Source: a virus
Taxonomy: Duplodnaviria > Heunggongvirae > Uroviricota > Caudoviricetes
Length of the DNA: 64,000 nucleotides
Direction: 5' to 3' (one strand)
Virus record (IMG/VR): IMGVR_UViG_3300035701_000006
Location: 7,267-71,266 of that record
The notes below the pieces were generated by a model. The model saw nothing but the letters and a program-made list of their open reading frames with translations, was not told the origin of the DNA and searched no databases. Both the position numbers and the translations under genes were made by a program. This document shows positions 8,920 to 19,124 of this stretch, in pieces; the first letter of the stretch is position 1; every line of letters starts with the position of its first letter.

Positions 8920-9705
8920 ATGGCTTGTCCAGATCCAGGTTATGCTGCCCGCGTGTCTGCGAGGCAGGGCTTACCGGTCAACCTGTGCGTAACGTTCTAT
9001 AGGAATGGGATCACGACAGATCCATGCCTCTTCACGAGGATCGACATCTACCGGTCAGCTGTCTGCGAAGAGAATCTCGTTGCACAAATCCCAATCCCGC
9101 CTGGCACAGGCTATCCCGCTCCGATCGAACAGGTCCTAGATTCGTTCGGAAACCCCATGCCGGGACAGTACTGCTTGCCGTTCCTCATCCCGAAGGAGTT
9201 CGTGCAGGACATCTATTTCGACGTCTGGAGGTTCATTCCGGATGTCGATTCCAATACGGACGTCAACGATGAGAGCATCTGGCTGTGTCAGGCGAGTAGG
9301 TTCTGGGTTTCGCCGGACGCTTGGTTCATGGATGATGGGCTCCAGACGATTCGATTCGGCTTTGAACCACTTGACCTGAAGTTCAGAAAGCCGGAGAAGA
9401 GGGTTCTCGAGGTAGGCATTACGCCTCTTCCGCTGTACGACTTCGACTTCAATCTGACGATGCCAATCATTCCGCAATTGAAGGCATATGTTAAAGTAGA
9501 GACGGAAAACTGTGAATTATTGGTGGATGACGAACCTTGCGCGATCGGGTTGAGGCAAGGCTCTTACAGGCACAGCCCGTTCGTCGTGCAGTTCCTGCTC
9601 GATACGTCTCGGTTCATAATCGGGACATATCGCTATCAGATCAGGGTGGATCTCCCGAACGGACAGAGTCGCATCAGCGAGAAGTTTACCTTTACAGTAA
9701 GCTGA
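8920..9705 (+). CDS. Hypothetical, probable virion protein
   Basis: Beta-rich 261-aa ORF preceded by a CAAAGATAAC late-type motif. Confidence 0.45.
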   Translation: MACPDPGYAARVSARQGLPVNLCVTFYRNGITTDPCLFTRIDIYRSAVCEENLVAQIPIPPGTGYPAPIEQVLDSFGNPMPGQYCLPFLIPKEFVQDIYFDVWRFIPDVDSNTDVNDESIWLCQASRFWVSPDAWFMDDGLQTIRFGFEPLDLKFRKPEKRVLEVGITPLPLYDFDFNLTMPIIPQLKAYVKVETENCELLVDDEPCAIGLRQGSYRHSPFVVQFLLDTSRFIIGTYRYQIRVDLPNGQSRISEKFTFTVS

Positions 9706-9706
9706 C

Positions 9707-10120
9707 ATGCCTAAGATAAGCGACCTGATGGTTGGCGACGCTATCGGCATTCGCGGCGCGGATGCAGGTCATGAGGAGTATGGCAGGATTCAGGGCGTCA
9801 TCACGGACATCCAACCGGATACGATCACCATCATGACAGGCGGGGTGGGTGAGGTAAGTCTGGAAAAGAACAAGATAAACCTCAATAAGGCGGTCATCAA
9901 GAAATGCATCCAGAGCGACTTCGACAGACGATTTCTGTCAGGCTGCGTCATGGAGGATTTCGAGGCACGTCTCGGGAGGAAGCTCGGCAGAAGGAAGCAG
10001 AAGTTGGCGGATAAGGAGGCGAAGAAAATCTCACACAATATCGTCATTCCCGCTACGCAGGGCAAGTTCCAAGCCACCAGGATGGACGGGCTACCGACGC
10101 CGGATAAGCTTAGGTTCTAG
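9707..10120 (+). CDS. Hypothetical protein
   Basis: ORF coupled to the upstream gene. Confidence 0.45.
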   Translation: MPKISDLMVGDAIGIRGADAGHEEYGRIQGVITDIQPDTITIMTGGVGEVSLEKNKINLNKAVIKKCIQSDFDRRFLSGCVMEDFEARLGRKLGRRKQKLADKEAKKISHNIVIPATQGKFQATRMDGLPTPDKLRF

Positions 10121-10657
10121 ACTCGACATCACATAAGACAGCATATCCGACACCTCATTGCGGTGGAATTCTCTAAAGTCTTGTCCGTGGAATCGCTTGA
10201 CTTGTATCATGATCTCCTTGTCGATCCGCTTCGCTGTCCTCAACGATTCGTAGCGACCGTGCCTGTCATAGGAACCCTTGCGCTTGAGTACGATGTTGAT
10301 GTTACTCCGCTCCTTGATGAATCCGCCGACGATCTCGTCGATGCCGCGGACCATATGCGGCTTCTTTGGGAAATAGATGCGACCGTAGACGGCTGACAGG
10401 ACGACGGGTGAGTCGGTGACGACGATCTTCACGCCGGCCTTTATGAGCCGGAATTCCTCCTGGACTTGCTTGGCCATGATGTAGATCTGGTCATAGTCTA
10501 TGATCTGCCGCTTTTCGTAGGCCCAGTTCTTCACGTATTCTCTGGCCATCTCGCATCGTATGCCGCGCACCTTGAGCTCGTTGAACAGCATAGCCGCGAG
10601 CGTTGACTTGCCGCTTCCGGGACCACCGTACATGTTGATGCAGGTTGTCATGGTCAT
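10091..10657 (-). CDS. P-loop nucleoside/nucleotide kinase (NadR/AAA_28-like)
   Basis: INMYGGPGSGKST Walker A, then EYVK, VTDSPV and a GR..T lid. The start is moved to ATG 10657. Confidence 0.75.
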   Translation of the reverse strand: MTMTTCINMYGGPGSGKSTLAAMLFNELKVRGIRCEMAREYVKNWAYEKRQIIDYDQIYIMAKQVQEEFRLIKAGVKIVVTDSPVVLSAVYGRIYFPKKPHMVRGIDEIVGGFIKERSNINIVLKRKGSYDRHGRYESLRTAKRIDKEIMIQVKRFHGQDFREFHRNEVSDMLSYVMSSLEPKLIRRR

Positions 10658-10703
10658 GAGATACTTTCCCTGAGTGACATTCTGTGTTATGTATTTAATA
10701 ACT

Positions 10704-10979
10704 ATGAAGAAGAAAGAAGTGAAAGTCGTCTTTGTCGAATTCGGCCCCGCCATCCTCCCTTGTAGGTATTGCGAACGAAAGGCGCAGATCACCAACGTAC
10801 TCTCTTCGCAGCCTATGTCTTACGGCGCTCCAATCTACGTCTGCAGGTGCGGCAAGAGAATGATCCTAAACTTTGAAGGGAAGCTCATTGCTATTCAAAC
10901 CAAAACAAGAACAAATAGAATCCTGGATTCAGGCGCACTTCCCGAAGTTCAAGCGCCGAAAGAACGGCGAAGAGTATGA
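10704..10979 (+). CDS. Small zinc-ribbon protein
   Basis: CRYC...CRC motifs. Its 3' end overlaps the primase by 107 nt. Confidence 0.45.
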   Translation: MKKKEVKVVFVEFGPAILPCRYCERKAQITNVLSSQPMSYGAPIYVCRCGKRMILNFEGKLIAIQTKTRTNRILDSGALPEVQAPKERRRV

Positions 10980-11880
10980 CGTACCCAATCCCCTAGATGG
11001 CGACGGCGGGATGCATCTCGGGGTCAACACCAAGAAGGGCGTCTGTCACGATTGGCGACCGGGTCATCACAGCGCCGACGGGTCGTTCCTCAAGCTCGTG
11101 TCGAAGTACCGCGGCATATCCTTCCACGAGGCAATCCGCGAGGTCTGCGGCATAGAGGTAGACCTCCGTAGCCTTCTCAGGACGGAGGAGACAGCCCCCG
11201 AAGCAGCCCCGTCGTTGATCAAGCTGCCCGATTCGACGCCATTCGCAAGCGGGGAGGGAGGTAAGATCAGGCAGATAGCCCTGAACTACCTCAAGTCGCG
11301 TGGCGTGTCAGAGGAGATGGCTTCCAGCAGGAAGCTCACATTCACCCCGTCGAAGATCGTGTTCCCCTATTTCGAGTATGGGGAACTGGTCTACTGGCAG
11401 TCGCGGGAGACCCTTCGGAAGGTGTTTGACTTCCCGGAGAATACGACCAAGGACCACTTCATCTATGGGTTTGACGACGTCGAGCCGTGTACCGATGTCA
11501 TTGTCACCGAATCCATCTTCTGCGCGCTTGCGCTCGGCGAGAATGCTGTCGCGACGGGCGGCGCGTCCATGGGTGATATGCAGGTGAGAAAGATCAAGGC
11601 GCTGAGGCCGGAGCGGGTCATCCTGGCGCCTGACAACGACGACGCCGGTAAGAAATCGCTGTTTGACAACTTCTTCAAGCTCGAGCCGTTCTTCTCCAGT
11701 AAGATCTTCTATAGCGTGCCACCGAAGACGTCCGCGGCCTGTGGTATCTTGAGCGGTGCCAAGGATTGGTCGGAGATCGGCGAGAAGATCGGGTGGGACA
11801 AGCCGAGGAAGGTGTATGAGGCTGGCTTGAAGGCGCTTAACCAGACGGAGTTGATGCTTGGATCTGTCCGCGCTTTTTAA
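10873..11880 (+). CDS. DNA primase (DnaG/gp61-like, TOPRIM)
   Basis: Degenerate Zn-binding domain (HLGVNTKKGVCHDW), YLKSRG, YWQSR, and TOPRIM motifs VTESIFCA and LAPDNDDAG. Confidence 0.8.
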   Translation: MKGSSLLFKPKQEQIESWIQAHFPKFKRRKNGEEYDVPNPLDGDGGMHLGVNTKKGVCHDWRPGHHSADGSFLKLVSKYRGISFHEAIREVCGIEVDLRSLLRTEETAPEAAPSLIKLPDSTPFASGEGGKIRQIALNYLKSRGVSEEMASSRKLTFTPSKIVFPYFEYGELVYWQSRETLRKVFDFPENTTKDHFIYGFDDVEPCTDVIVTESIFCALALGENAVATGGASMGDMQVRKIKALRPERVILAPDNDDAGKKSLFDNFFKLEPFFSSKIFYSVPPKTSAACGILSGAKDWSEIGEKIGWDKPRKVYEAGLKALNQTELMLGSVRAF

Positions 11881-12151
11881 GTTCGTGCTTGCTGACGATT
11901 GTTGACCTATCCTTCCTGATGGTCTTGATCCCGCTCTTGGCCGCCGCCACGTTCTGCTTTATCCAGTTCACGCGTTCCGGGAGGTTCATCTTATTCAGGG
12001 CATCGGTGGCGATGAGGACCCTGTTGGCTTCGATCGGCGTGATGCCCGACACCAGCATGCCGACGTGCTTGTCGACGGTCTCGCCCAACATGAGTAGGTG
12101 GACGTATTGCCGCTTATCTTCGTTCTGGTAGCGTACCCAGGCAAGATCCAT
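11837..12151 (-). CDS. Hypothetical protein
   Basis: ORF in a coupled minus-strand run. Confidence 0.45.
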   Translation of the reverse strand: MDLAWVRYQNEDKRQYVHLLMLGETVDKHVGMLVSGITPIEANRVLIATDALNKMNLPERVNWIKQNVAAAKSGIKTIRKDRSTIVSKHELKKRGQIQASTPSG

Positions 12152-12152
12152 G

Positions 12153-12944
12153 TCACTTCGCCTGATGCGGAGCTATCATTTCGCGAAGATGCCGCATGCT
12201 GTCCACGATAGCGGTGACATGCGGCTTGGTGAGGTTCTTCTTTGTCCAGTGCTCCTCGATATATTTTTGGAGCTCGCGAATGGCAACGTCAGGTACGAAT
12301 TCGCAGATTCCGTCAAGGTCCGTTGCGACGGCTCCTATCTCGAGGATTCTCAATTCTTCGACGCGGTTATCGTCAGATATGAAGTCGCCCATCTTGGCCT
12401 TGCCCCAGAGCTTCGGGACTGACATCTGTGAGACGATCCTCACGTCGAAAGCCCGCACGGGCACTTGTAGGACGTCGATGAAGATGGAGGCGATCCACCC
12501 GCCGAGGAACTCGAATGGCATCCGCATCTTTTCCCCATCGAACGTGTCGAAGAAGTTTCGTTCACGTACGGTAGCGACAACTCCCTTGAACCATCCGTCC
12601 TTGGCTAAGTCGTCAAGGTTCATCTTTTTGTTGCCTGTCCCAGCCAAGCTGGCCCCTATCATGAGCCTGAGACTCTGATATAGGCCAGGGCCGGGATTCT
12701 TCTCGATCTCTTTGGTATCGAAAGTGGACGTGACGCTCTCGTCGAACTTGACGCGGGCAAGCCACTGGAGTGCGAAGCGGTTATACGTTTCGACGACCTT
12801 TTGCCCCTCTGGCAACTTCTTCAGGATATCCTGCATCAGATTATATACTTTCTTTGCGTCTTTGTCCATAAGGTCTCTCAGTCCTCTTCGTGCCTCCTCT
12901 CCAGCGAGGAGAGGAGGCCTGGAGGGGGCTTTACGCCTCGACAT
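12153..12944 (-). CDS. Hypothetical protein
   Basis: 263-aa ORF coupled to its neighbours. Confidence 0.5.
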   Translation of the reverse strand: MSRRKAPSRPPLLAGEEARRGLRDLMDKDAKKVYNLMQDILKKLPEGQKVVETYNRFALQWLARVKFDESVTSTFDTKEIEKNPGPGLYQSLRLMIGASLAGTGNKKMNLDDLAKDGWFKGVVATVRERNFFDTFDGEKMRMPFEFLGGWIASIFIDVLQVPVRAFDVRIVSQMSVPKLWGKAKMGDFISDDNRVEELRILEIGAVATDLDGICEFVPDVAIRELQKYIEEHWTKKNLTKPHVTAIVDSMRHLREMIAPHQAK

Positions 12945-13416
12945 CGCGCAGGATGTTGAGCATGCCGCAGAGGTACTGGGTCGTCTTCGCCACGTCCAGG
13001 TCGCGGATGAACTTCTCGACCTCGGCCGCCGTGGGCATACGCACTTCGATGCCCATCGTGTTGCCGAGGTCGCCGTGGCTGTCCAGGTGGCGCGCGTCGG
13101 CGTTGACGCACATGAACGGGAAGCCCAGGGTGTAGTTGTGGCCGCCGGCCTTCCCCGTGGGTACGGACAGCGAGCCGATGACCCACGGCTGCTTCTGCTC
13201 AGGGATCTTCTCCCCGGACAGCTCTTCGATCAGCGCCCTCACGGCAGTCGCCTGACAGCCGAAGGGCTGGCAGAGCGCGGCGAGCCTCTGCGCCTTGGGT
13301 GAGGCTGCCACCCCCGTCCCCCAGCGCTTCTTGGTCATCGCCCGGATGACCTTGCCGATCAGAGCCCTCTCCCGATTCTCCGCGACGGACTTCGGCACCC
13401 CAATAAATGTTGCCAC
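12931..13416 (-). CDS. Hypothetical protein
   Basis: 161-aa ORF with phage-like codon use. Confidence 0.5.
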   Translation of the reverse strand: MATFIGVPKSVAENRERALIGKVIRAMTKKRWGTGVAASPKAQRLAALCQPFGCQATAVRALIEELSGEKIPEQKQPWVIGSLSVPTGKAGGHNYTLGFPFMCVNADARHLDSHGDLGNTMGIEVRMPTAAEVEKFIRDLDVAKTTQYLCGMLNILRDVEA

Positions 13417-13454
13417 ATTAGTGACAACGGGTTAAGAAAAAGGTGGCTTTGGTG

Positions 13455-14009
13455 TCACATCTTCCGCAGAGGGGACATTTTTCGGTTCACGTAGGCTGCG
13501 GTAGCCCCGGCGGCGACCCCAGCCAGGATGGGCGGGCCCGCCTTCTTGGCGACTTCCTTCGCAAGGCTCCAGACGAGCATCAGAACCACCCCAGGGAACC
13601 AGACGGCGTAATAAAGCGCGTACTTCGGGGTGAATACGTAATGGTTGGTCGGCTGGACATAGCCGCCGGGATGCATGGCATCTGTCCAGGCCATGTCTCC
13701 GGTTTCGGCGATCGCGGTCAGGATGTCGATCTTGAGGTCGACGCGCATGAACTCCAGGCCCATGCAGATGGCGAGCCAGGCGGCGATCAGCCCAACAACC
13801 CCAGCGCTGGGGATAAGACCCTTCGCGAGGAACGAGAGTTTGGGTAGGACGAACGGCAGGATGGAGACACCAGCGATGGTCAGGATCGTGTACGAGAACT
13901 TCAAGCCGAAGATAAGGTTGGCTGCGAGCATGGCTGGCACCAGGATCTTCAGGATGCCGCCGACCCGGAGCCTTTCCGTGACCTTCTCTACGGCCTGAGG
14001 GGTTTCCAT
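13455..14009 (-). CDS. Multi-pass membrane protein
   Basis: At least four hydrophobic segments. The start is placed at ATG 14009, after SD GGAGAA. Confidence 0.55.
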   Translation of the reverse strand: METPQAVEKVTERLRVGGILKILVPAMLAANLIFGLKFSYTILTIAGVSILPFVLPKLSFLAKGLIPSAGVVGLIAAWLAICMGLEFMRVDLKIDILTAIAETGDMAWTDAMHPGGYVQPTNHYVFTPKYALYYAVWFPGVVLMLVWSLAKEVAKKAGPPILAGVAAGATAAYVNRKMSPLRKM

Positions 14010-14070
14010 CGTGGTTCTCCTTCCACATTTATGGTACCAAGCGGACGGCACACGGTCAAGTATATAAGGT

Positions 14071-15363
14071 ATGGCAGACAAAGCAGTTGGCCTGGCTCCG
14101 ACGGTCTCCCTCAAAATAGAGGGGGGCGAGGACTTTAGCAAGAACTTCGAGAGTCTCGAATGGGCTTCCTTTATAAACAGCGGTTACATCGTCAGGGCCA
14201 GGGTAGTCGACCCGTTCTTCAGCATCCTTCGCGACCGTCTTGGGGAGTATCTTGAAGGCGCTAGGAAGGAACCCACCCCTCTTGAGTTCCAGATCGCATG
14301 GCCCGACAATGACCCGACGCAGAAAAGGATCTGCTATCTGGCATATCTGAATGGTCAAGGTACCCTCGAGAGGGGCAAGGTAGAGTTTCTCGGCATCGAC
14401 CCACCGAGTTGGTGGTTGAACGCGGGCGACTCGGATGGTAGTGCCTGGGGTAGGGACGACGGGAACGGTACGGAGTCAGGCCGCGTGAGCGATGTCATAA
14501 AGTCCGTGATCAAGAAGTATACCCAGCGAGACAAGAATCCCCAAAAGATTGAAGTTGACGTGACGCAGACGAACGACTCGGAGGAGAATACGTGGTGGAT
14601 GATGAAGATGGATCCGAAGACATTCATCGCTTCTCTTCTAGAATGGTCTTCGTCCATCACGCCGCAGAAATCGGCTTGGGTCGTCGCTAGCGTCGATAGG
14701 AAGATTGTCATAAAGGAACAGGCATCCATGCCGGATAGCCTGCCGGTCGACAAGAAGGATTTTGGCATCTTCAACGTCAACACAAGCATTCCGGGTTCCT
14801 CAGACGTCAAGCATTTTGAGATCCTGGCCAACAACGTCATCTCCGTCTTCCAAACTAAGCTTATAACGCAGGGTATATCCGCCGTGTCTGGACAGTTCAT
14901 TGACAAGATTACGGAGGAAAAGAAGTCAACCGTCGATGACGAGAATACGTCTGCGAAGCTCAATGTCTCGAACCTGGGTCCTGACCGAGCCTTCAAGAAG
15001 CCGGAGAGCGACATCAAGTGGTCGACGTCGATCCGGGCGATCCCAGAGTTCAGCGCTGGTGACCTCGGTATCCAGTATGTTGACTATCTGGACGGGCGAG
15101 CCAGAACCATGTTCATGGATATGCTGAACATGGTCATGCGGATCAAGATCAGGGTCAACGGCGACAGGCGGTTTGATGACAGCACGATCCTGGGGGCGTC
15201 GACGCTGACCCTGTCGTGGAAGGATGCCTGCTTCGAGACGCCCTATTTCCTATCCGGGAAGTGGATCATCTACGGGTTTCATCACATCGTCACGAGGCGG
15301 CAGTGGTGGACGGATCTCTACCTCTATCGCCTAGATTACGACGCAGAGGCCAAGAAGATCTAA
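14071..15363 (+). CDS. Baseplate hub / late-control-D-like protein (gp27-like)
   Basis: Size and position before the tape measure. The C-terminus IRVNGD...LGASTLTL...FLSGKWIIYGFHHIV is typical of hub proteins. Confidence 0.6.
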   Translation: MADKAVGLAPTVSLKIEGGEDFSKNFESLEWASFINSGYIVRARVVDPFFSILRDRLGEYLEGARKEPTPLEFQIAWPDNDPTQKRICYLAYLNGQGTLERGKVEFLGIDPPSWWLNAGDSDGSAWGRDDGNGTESGRVSDVIKSVIKKYTQRDKNPQKIEVDVTQTNDSEENTWWMMKMDPKTFIASLLEWSSSITPQKSAWVVASVDRKIVIKEQASMPDSLPVDKKDFGIFNVNTSIPGSSDVKHFEILANNVISVFQTKLITQGISAVSGQFIDKITEEKKSTVDDENTSAKLNVSNLGPDRAFKKPESDIKWSTSIRAIPEFSAGDLGIQYVDYLDGRARTMFMDMLNMVMRIKIRVNGDRRFDDSTILGASTLTLSWKDACFETPYFLSGKWIIYGFHHIVTRRQWWTDLYLYRLDYDAEAKKI

Positions 15364-15378
15364 CTCCAAATATATCTT

Positions 15379-18300
15379 ATGCCAGGCGACATCAACGAAT
15401 ATGCTCTGTCGATGGAGCTGGCCCTCTCGGCCGGACCTGCCTTAAAGACCATCGCGAGCCTCACCAAGAAACTGGAGACGGTTGAACAGCAGATCCAGCG
15501 CATCGGCGATAAGTTCGTCCAGATCTTCCAGGAGAAGATGTCCACCGCCATCAAGATCGTCCCAGAGATAGCGACAGTCACTACGCCAGTTATCGGGATG
15601 ATCGACGTAGACAAGGACTCGATGACGAGGTTCAGCGAGAAGGTCAGAGTCAGTTTGACGACGGCGATCAGGGAATCCGTCGCTGCTGGGTTCAAGGATC
15701 TTCCGCCCGTAGGAGCACTACCTGCGCCACCTGCGGTACCGCCGATGCCACCACCAGCACCGCCGGTGCCGGTCCCGGGAGCAGACATCGCCGCCGAGAT
15801 GGCCGCGCTCGCAGGCAAGATGGCGGAAGAGATTGCCAGCGCTGTGGGTCCTGCCCTGGCTGCTGCCATCAAAGGCGCTGGTCCGAGCTTTGACAGCTTG
15901 ACCGCCGAGGGCATGGAGTTCAGCAACAAAATCACAGGCGCGTTGGATAAGGCGAAGAGCGAGGAAATACCGCTCAGCGCTATTACCTACTTCCAAGAAG
16001 CTGAGAGAATCCTTAAGGACATCAAGCCGCAGCTAGAAGCTCTTAAGTTCCCCATGGAGAAGTGGGAGAAGTATAACGACGAGGTCAAGAAAGGAATAAG
16101 GGATCAGCTAAAGGACGTCAAGTCCTATGGCAAGGGATTTGAGGATGCGTATGATGAGATAACGTCTCTACAGGAGGAATATGTTGAGGCGGATGTCTAC
16201 ACGATAAAGAATGCGCTTGTGAGCAATAAGCTGGCCGAGAAACAACTGGCTACCATACAAAGCCTGCGTGATGCTAATATCATCGGCCCTGATCTGATGG
16301 AGAAGGAGCTAGAACTCCGCAAGGCTGTTGGAGCCTTTGACACAAAGCACTGGGAGAAAGAGCTCAGCACTCAGCAGATGCGAGAGAAGCATCAGAGGAC
16401 GCAGAGGAAGCATCAGGAGCAACTGAACGCCATGGTCGAGGAGGGCTTCGGCGCGTTCCTTATTCAGAAGTATGTTGTCGATTCGAACCTCATCGGCAGG
16501 GCGATGGATTATGTTGGTGGAAAGTCACTGTCGTTGAGTGGCTCGATAAAGACCGGCTTTACTGCGGTTGGTGGGTGGATTGAAAAGAGTGTGGTTGCCT
16601 GGTCCATGGATCTGAACAGGTTTGCCGAGAATGCTCAGAGGTCCGGTAAGGCTGTGCCGGCTGCCATAGCGAAGGGGCTTCGCGCGACGATGATGGCACC
16701 TTTCAATGCGCTGACCTGGATGGTTGGTAAATTCCGCAAGTTAATACCAACGAATCCGGGTACGGAGCCGTTTATCAAGAGTGGAGAATCCATTGCGAAG
16801 GCAATGGGGAAAGGCATCAACAATGAGTCGGACGTGCCGAAGCAGCTTCTGAAGTTGCTTGTCGGCGACATGGCCTCGACGTTGCTTGGACAGGAAAAGA
16901 AGGTTGGGAATGCCGCCGAGGCGGTCGCCAAGAGCGCGGTTCCGAAGCCGGAACCAGCAGCCGGCGAAGGCTTTAGGGCGATGATGACCAACATCTCTGC
17001 CGGGATTGGGATATTCACGGCTACGGTGATGGCGATCCCCTGGATTGCCATCGCCAAGCTTGCCGTCATCGGGGTCATCATTACGGGGATGCTGACGGCC
17101 ATGGTCGCGCTGGCAGGCTGGCTTGCATCTTCCGGCGTTATGGGGGTCGTCGCGCTTATAGCGCTGACTGGCGCTGCGATCGGTTTTGCTTACGCCGTCG
17201 GCCTGTTGGCCGCTGCGTTACCCGCGCTGGCAGTGGGAGGTGCCGCGGCCATTCCGGTCCTTCTGACGCTCGCGCTTGTGATTGGCGTCCTCGCCCTATC
17301 CGTAGTTGCCATAACCGCGTTTGTCAATGCCATTACGAATCTCTTCAAGGCATTCTCCGAGAATATCACGGCAGGCTTCGCCTTCGTCGGGTTCATGTAT
17401 GCGCTAATTCCTGCGCTGCTCGGGCTTGGTGTTGCCATTCTCGGGTTCAGTGTAATGTTGCTCGCTTCGATGATTCCGATTGCAGCCGCAGTGGCCATTG
17501 GCGCAGCCTTACTCGGTCCGGCTGTGTTCTTCGCCTTGACGATGACGATCATAGCGGGTGGCGTGGCCGTGTTTGCCGCGGCGATTACTGCTCTTGGGGC
17601 AGGAATATCTGCCTTCACGGCGTCGGTAGGTAATCTTGGTGGGGCGCTGACGAACATCACGACTGCCGTCGGTGCATTCGGTGTTGCAATCGTTGGATTC
17701 GCCCTTGGGCTTGGTGCTGCATTAGCTCTGCTTCTACCGAGCATCCTCATGATGCCGGTCATTATTGCTGGGCTCATCGCATTCGGCGCAGGACTGCTTG
17801 GTTCTATGATCTTGCTGTCCATTGCCATGTTCTTTGGGACGGCGGCCGTCGAGTGGCTGACGTCGTTCGGCCTGGCCCTCAAAAACATTTCCGACGCTAT
17901 CGTGGCGATGGGAAGCCCGGGTGAGAAGATGAGGGAGATCGCCGGCGGCATAAACGCGCTCATGAGCGTGAAGGTCAATCCGTTTGCCGTCGTCGGTATG
18001 TTCATGGTGGCGGCTGGGCTTGGTGCTCTTGGCGATGCTTCTACGCAAGCTGCCAGTGGCATTCAAGCGCTTGCCGGTGCCGGAACGACCATTACAGGTG
18101 TCGTGGATGAGGTCATTGCTAAGGAGAAGGACTTCGATAGGGCCGCTGGTATCGTCGAGAGGTTCGGCAACAAGATGTCCGTCGCGTTCGATAAGGTTTC
18201 TGAGAAGGCCGTCGCTGGTCCGTTCTCCGCGGAATCAACGGCCAAGGCCGAGACCGTCACGACGGTCCAGATCACGAGCGACATGGCTAGGAGGACCTCA

Positions 18301-18483
18301 GAATCCAATCGGCAGACGCTCGATGCTCTGACTGCCATAAAAGAGACGCTAGAAAAGATAATGGTAACGGCCGGGAGTGACGAGCTCAAGAAGATCATAA
18401 GCGCGCTTGAAACGTTCCTGCCACAAATTGCTGAAGGGCGTGGCGGCGGACTCGTTGATGACATTAACAGGTGGAAAACGTAG
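15379..18483 (+). CDS. Tape measure protein
   Basis: 1034 aa, largely helical, with a long Ala/Gly/hydrophobic periodic stretch. It lies between the hub and baseplate genes. Confidence 0.75.
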   Translation: MPGDINEYALSMELALSAGPALKTIASLTKKLETVEQQIQRIGDKFVQIFQEKMSTAIKIVPEIATVTTPVIGMIDVDKDSMTRFSEKVRVSLTTAIRESVAAGFKDLPPVGALPAPPAVPPMPPPAPPVPVPGADIAAEMAALAGKMAEEIASAVGPALAAAIKGAGPSFDSLTAEGMEFSNKITGALDKAKSEEIPLSAITYFQEAERILKDIKPQLEALKFPMEKWEKYNDEVKKGIRDQLKDVKSYGKGFEDAYDEITSLQEEYVEADVYTIKNALVSNKLAEKQLATIQSLRDANIIGPDLMEKELELRKAVGAFDTKHWEKELSTQQMREKHQRTQRKHQEQLNAMVEEGFGAFLIQKYVVDSNLIGRAMDYVGGKSLSLSGSIKTGFTAVGGWIEKSVVAWSMDLNRFAENAQRSGKAVPAAIAKGLRATMMAPFNALTWMVGKFRKLIPTNPGTEPFIKSGESIAKAMGKGINNESDVPKQLLKLLVGDMASTLLGQEKKVGNAAEAVAKSAVPKPEPAAGEGFRAMMTNISAGIGIFTATVMAIPWIAIAKLAVIGVIITGMLTAMVALAGWLASSGVMGVVALIALTGAAIGFAYAVGLLAAALPALAVGGAAAIPVLLTLALVIGVLALSVVAITAFVNAITNLFKAFSENITAGFAFVGFMYALIPALLGLGVAILGFSVMLLASMIPIAAAVAIGAALLGPAVFFALTMTIIAGGVAVFAAAITALGAGISAFTASVGNLGGALTNITTAVGAFGVAIVGFALGLGAALALLLPSILMMPVIIAGLIAFGAGLLGSMILLSIAMFFGTAAVEWLTSFGLALKNISDAIVAMGSPGEKMREIAGGINALMSVKVNPFAVVGMFMVAAGLGALGDASTQAASGIQALAGAGTTITGVVDEVIAKEKDFDRAAGIVERFGNKMSVAFDKVSEKAVAGPFSAESTAKAETVTTVQITSDMARRTSESNRQTLDALTAIKETLEKIMVTAGSDELKKIISALETFLPQIAEGRGGGLVDDINRWKT

Positions 18484-18491
18484 GGTGACTC

Positions 18492-19124
18492 ATGGCTAAC
18501 GGCGAGTTCAAGGAACTGTCCATTGCCGATGGTAAGGCCCTCGGTAGCGTCGGTATTATCGTCGTCGCGCAGGCGGGTACGAAGGACATCCCGCTTCAGT
18601 TCCCGCCAGCCATTGAAAGCGATGGTAAGGTTGCGAAGTGGGACGGGTCCGATCAGGGCGCTTATGAGCCCCTCAAGACGTACAACGGGTCAGATTCCAG
18701 GACGTTCAACGTTAAGCTGAAGTACGTCGTTGTAGGCGGGAAGTGGACGGCGAGTCGCATCGCACAGATAGGGCGCGATCTTAGGTCCTACTTCTATAAT
18801 AGCACCTATCTCGGATACAAGGGATATCCGGTCGTAAAGATCTACGCGTATGGAGTGATTCCGATAGCAACGTCCGGCATACTAACGTGCCGCTTGATGA
18901 GTGTTAGCACGTCGTATAAGGGAGCCTTGATGACCGACGACAGCAGCGGGAATCGGGTCATATTCAGTCTGATAACCGAGCACACTCTGAGCTTGGAAGC
19001 CGCGTCGCGCATCGAACCGGGTGTAATGGCTGGATTGCTTGGAATGATGGGTGGGGCGGGGCAGAAGCTTGCGAAGTTTACTAGCCTTGCACTTACGCCA
19101 TCTATCGCTCCGGAGTGGTACTAA
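18492..19124 (+). CDS. Baseplate/tube-initiator-like protein
   Basis: QFPP, YEPLKTYNGSDSRTFNVKLKY and YP.V motifs. It directly follows the tape measure. Confidence 0.5.
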   Translation: MANGEFKELSIADGKALGSVGIIVVAQAGTKDIPLQFPPAIESDGKVAKWDGSDQGAYEPLKTYNGSDSRTFNVKLKYVVVGGKWTASRIAQIGRDLRSYFYNSTYLGYKGYPVVKIYAYGVIPIATSGILTCRLMSVSTSYKGALMTDDSSGNRVIFSLITEHTLSLEAASRIEPGVMAGLLGMMGGAGQKLAKFTSLALTPSIAPEWY

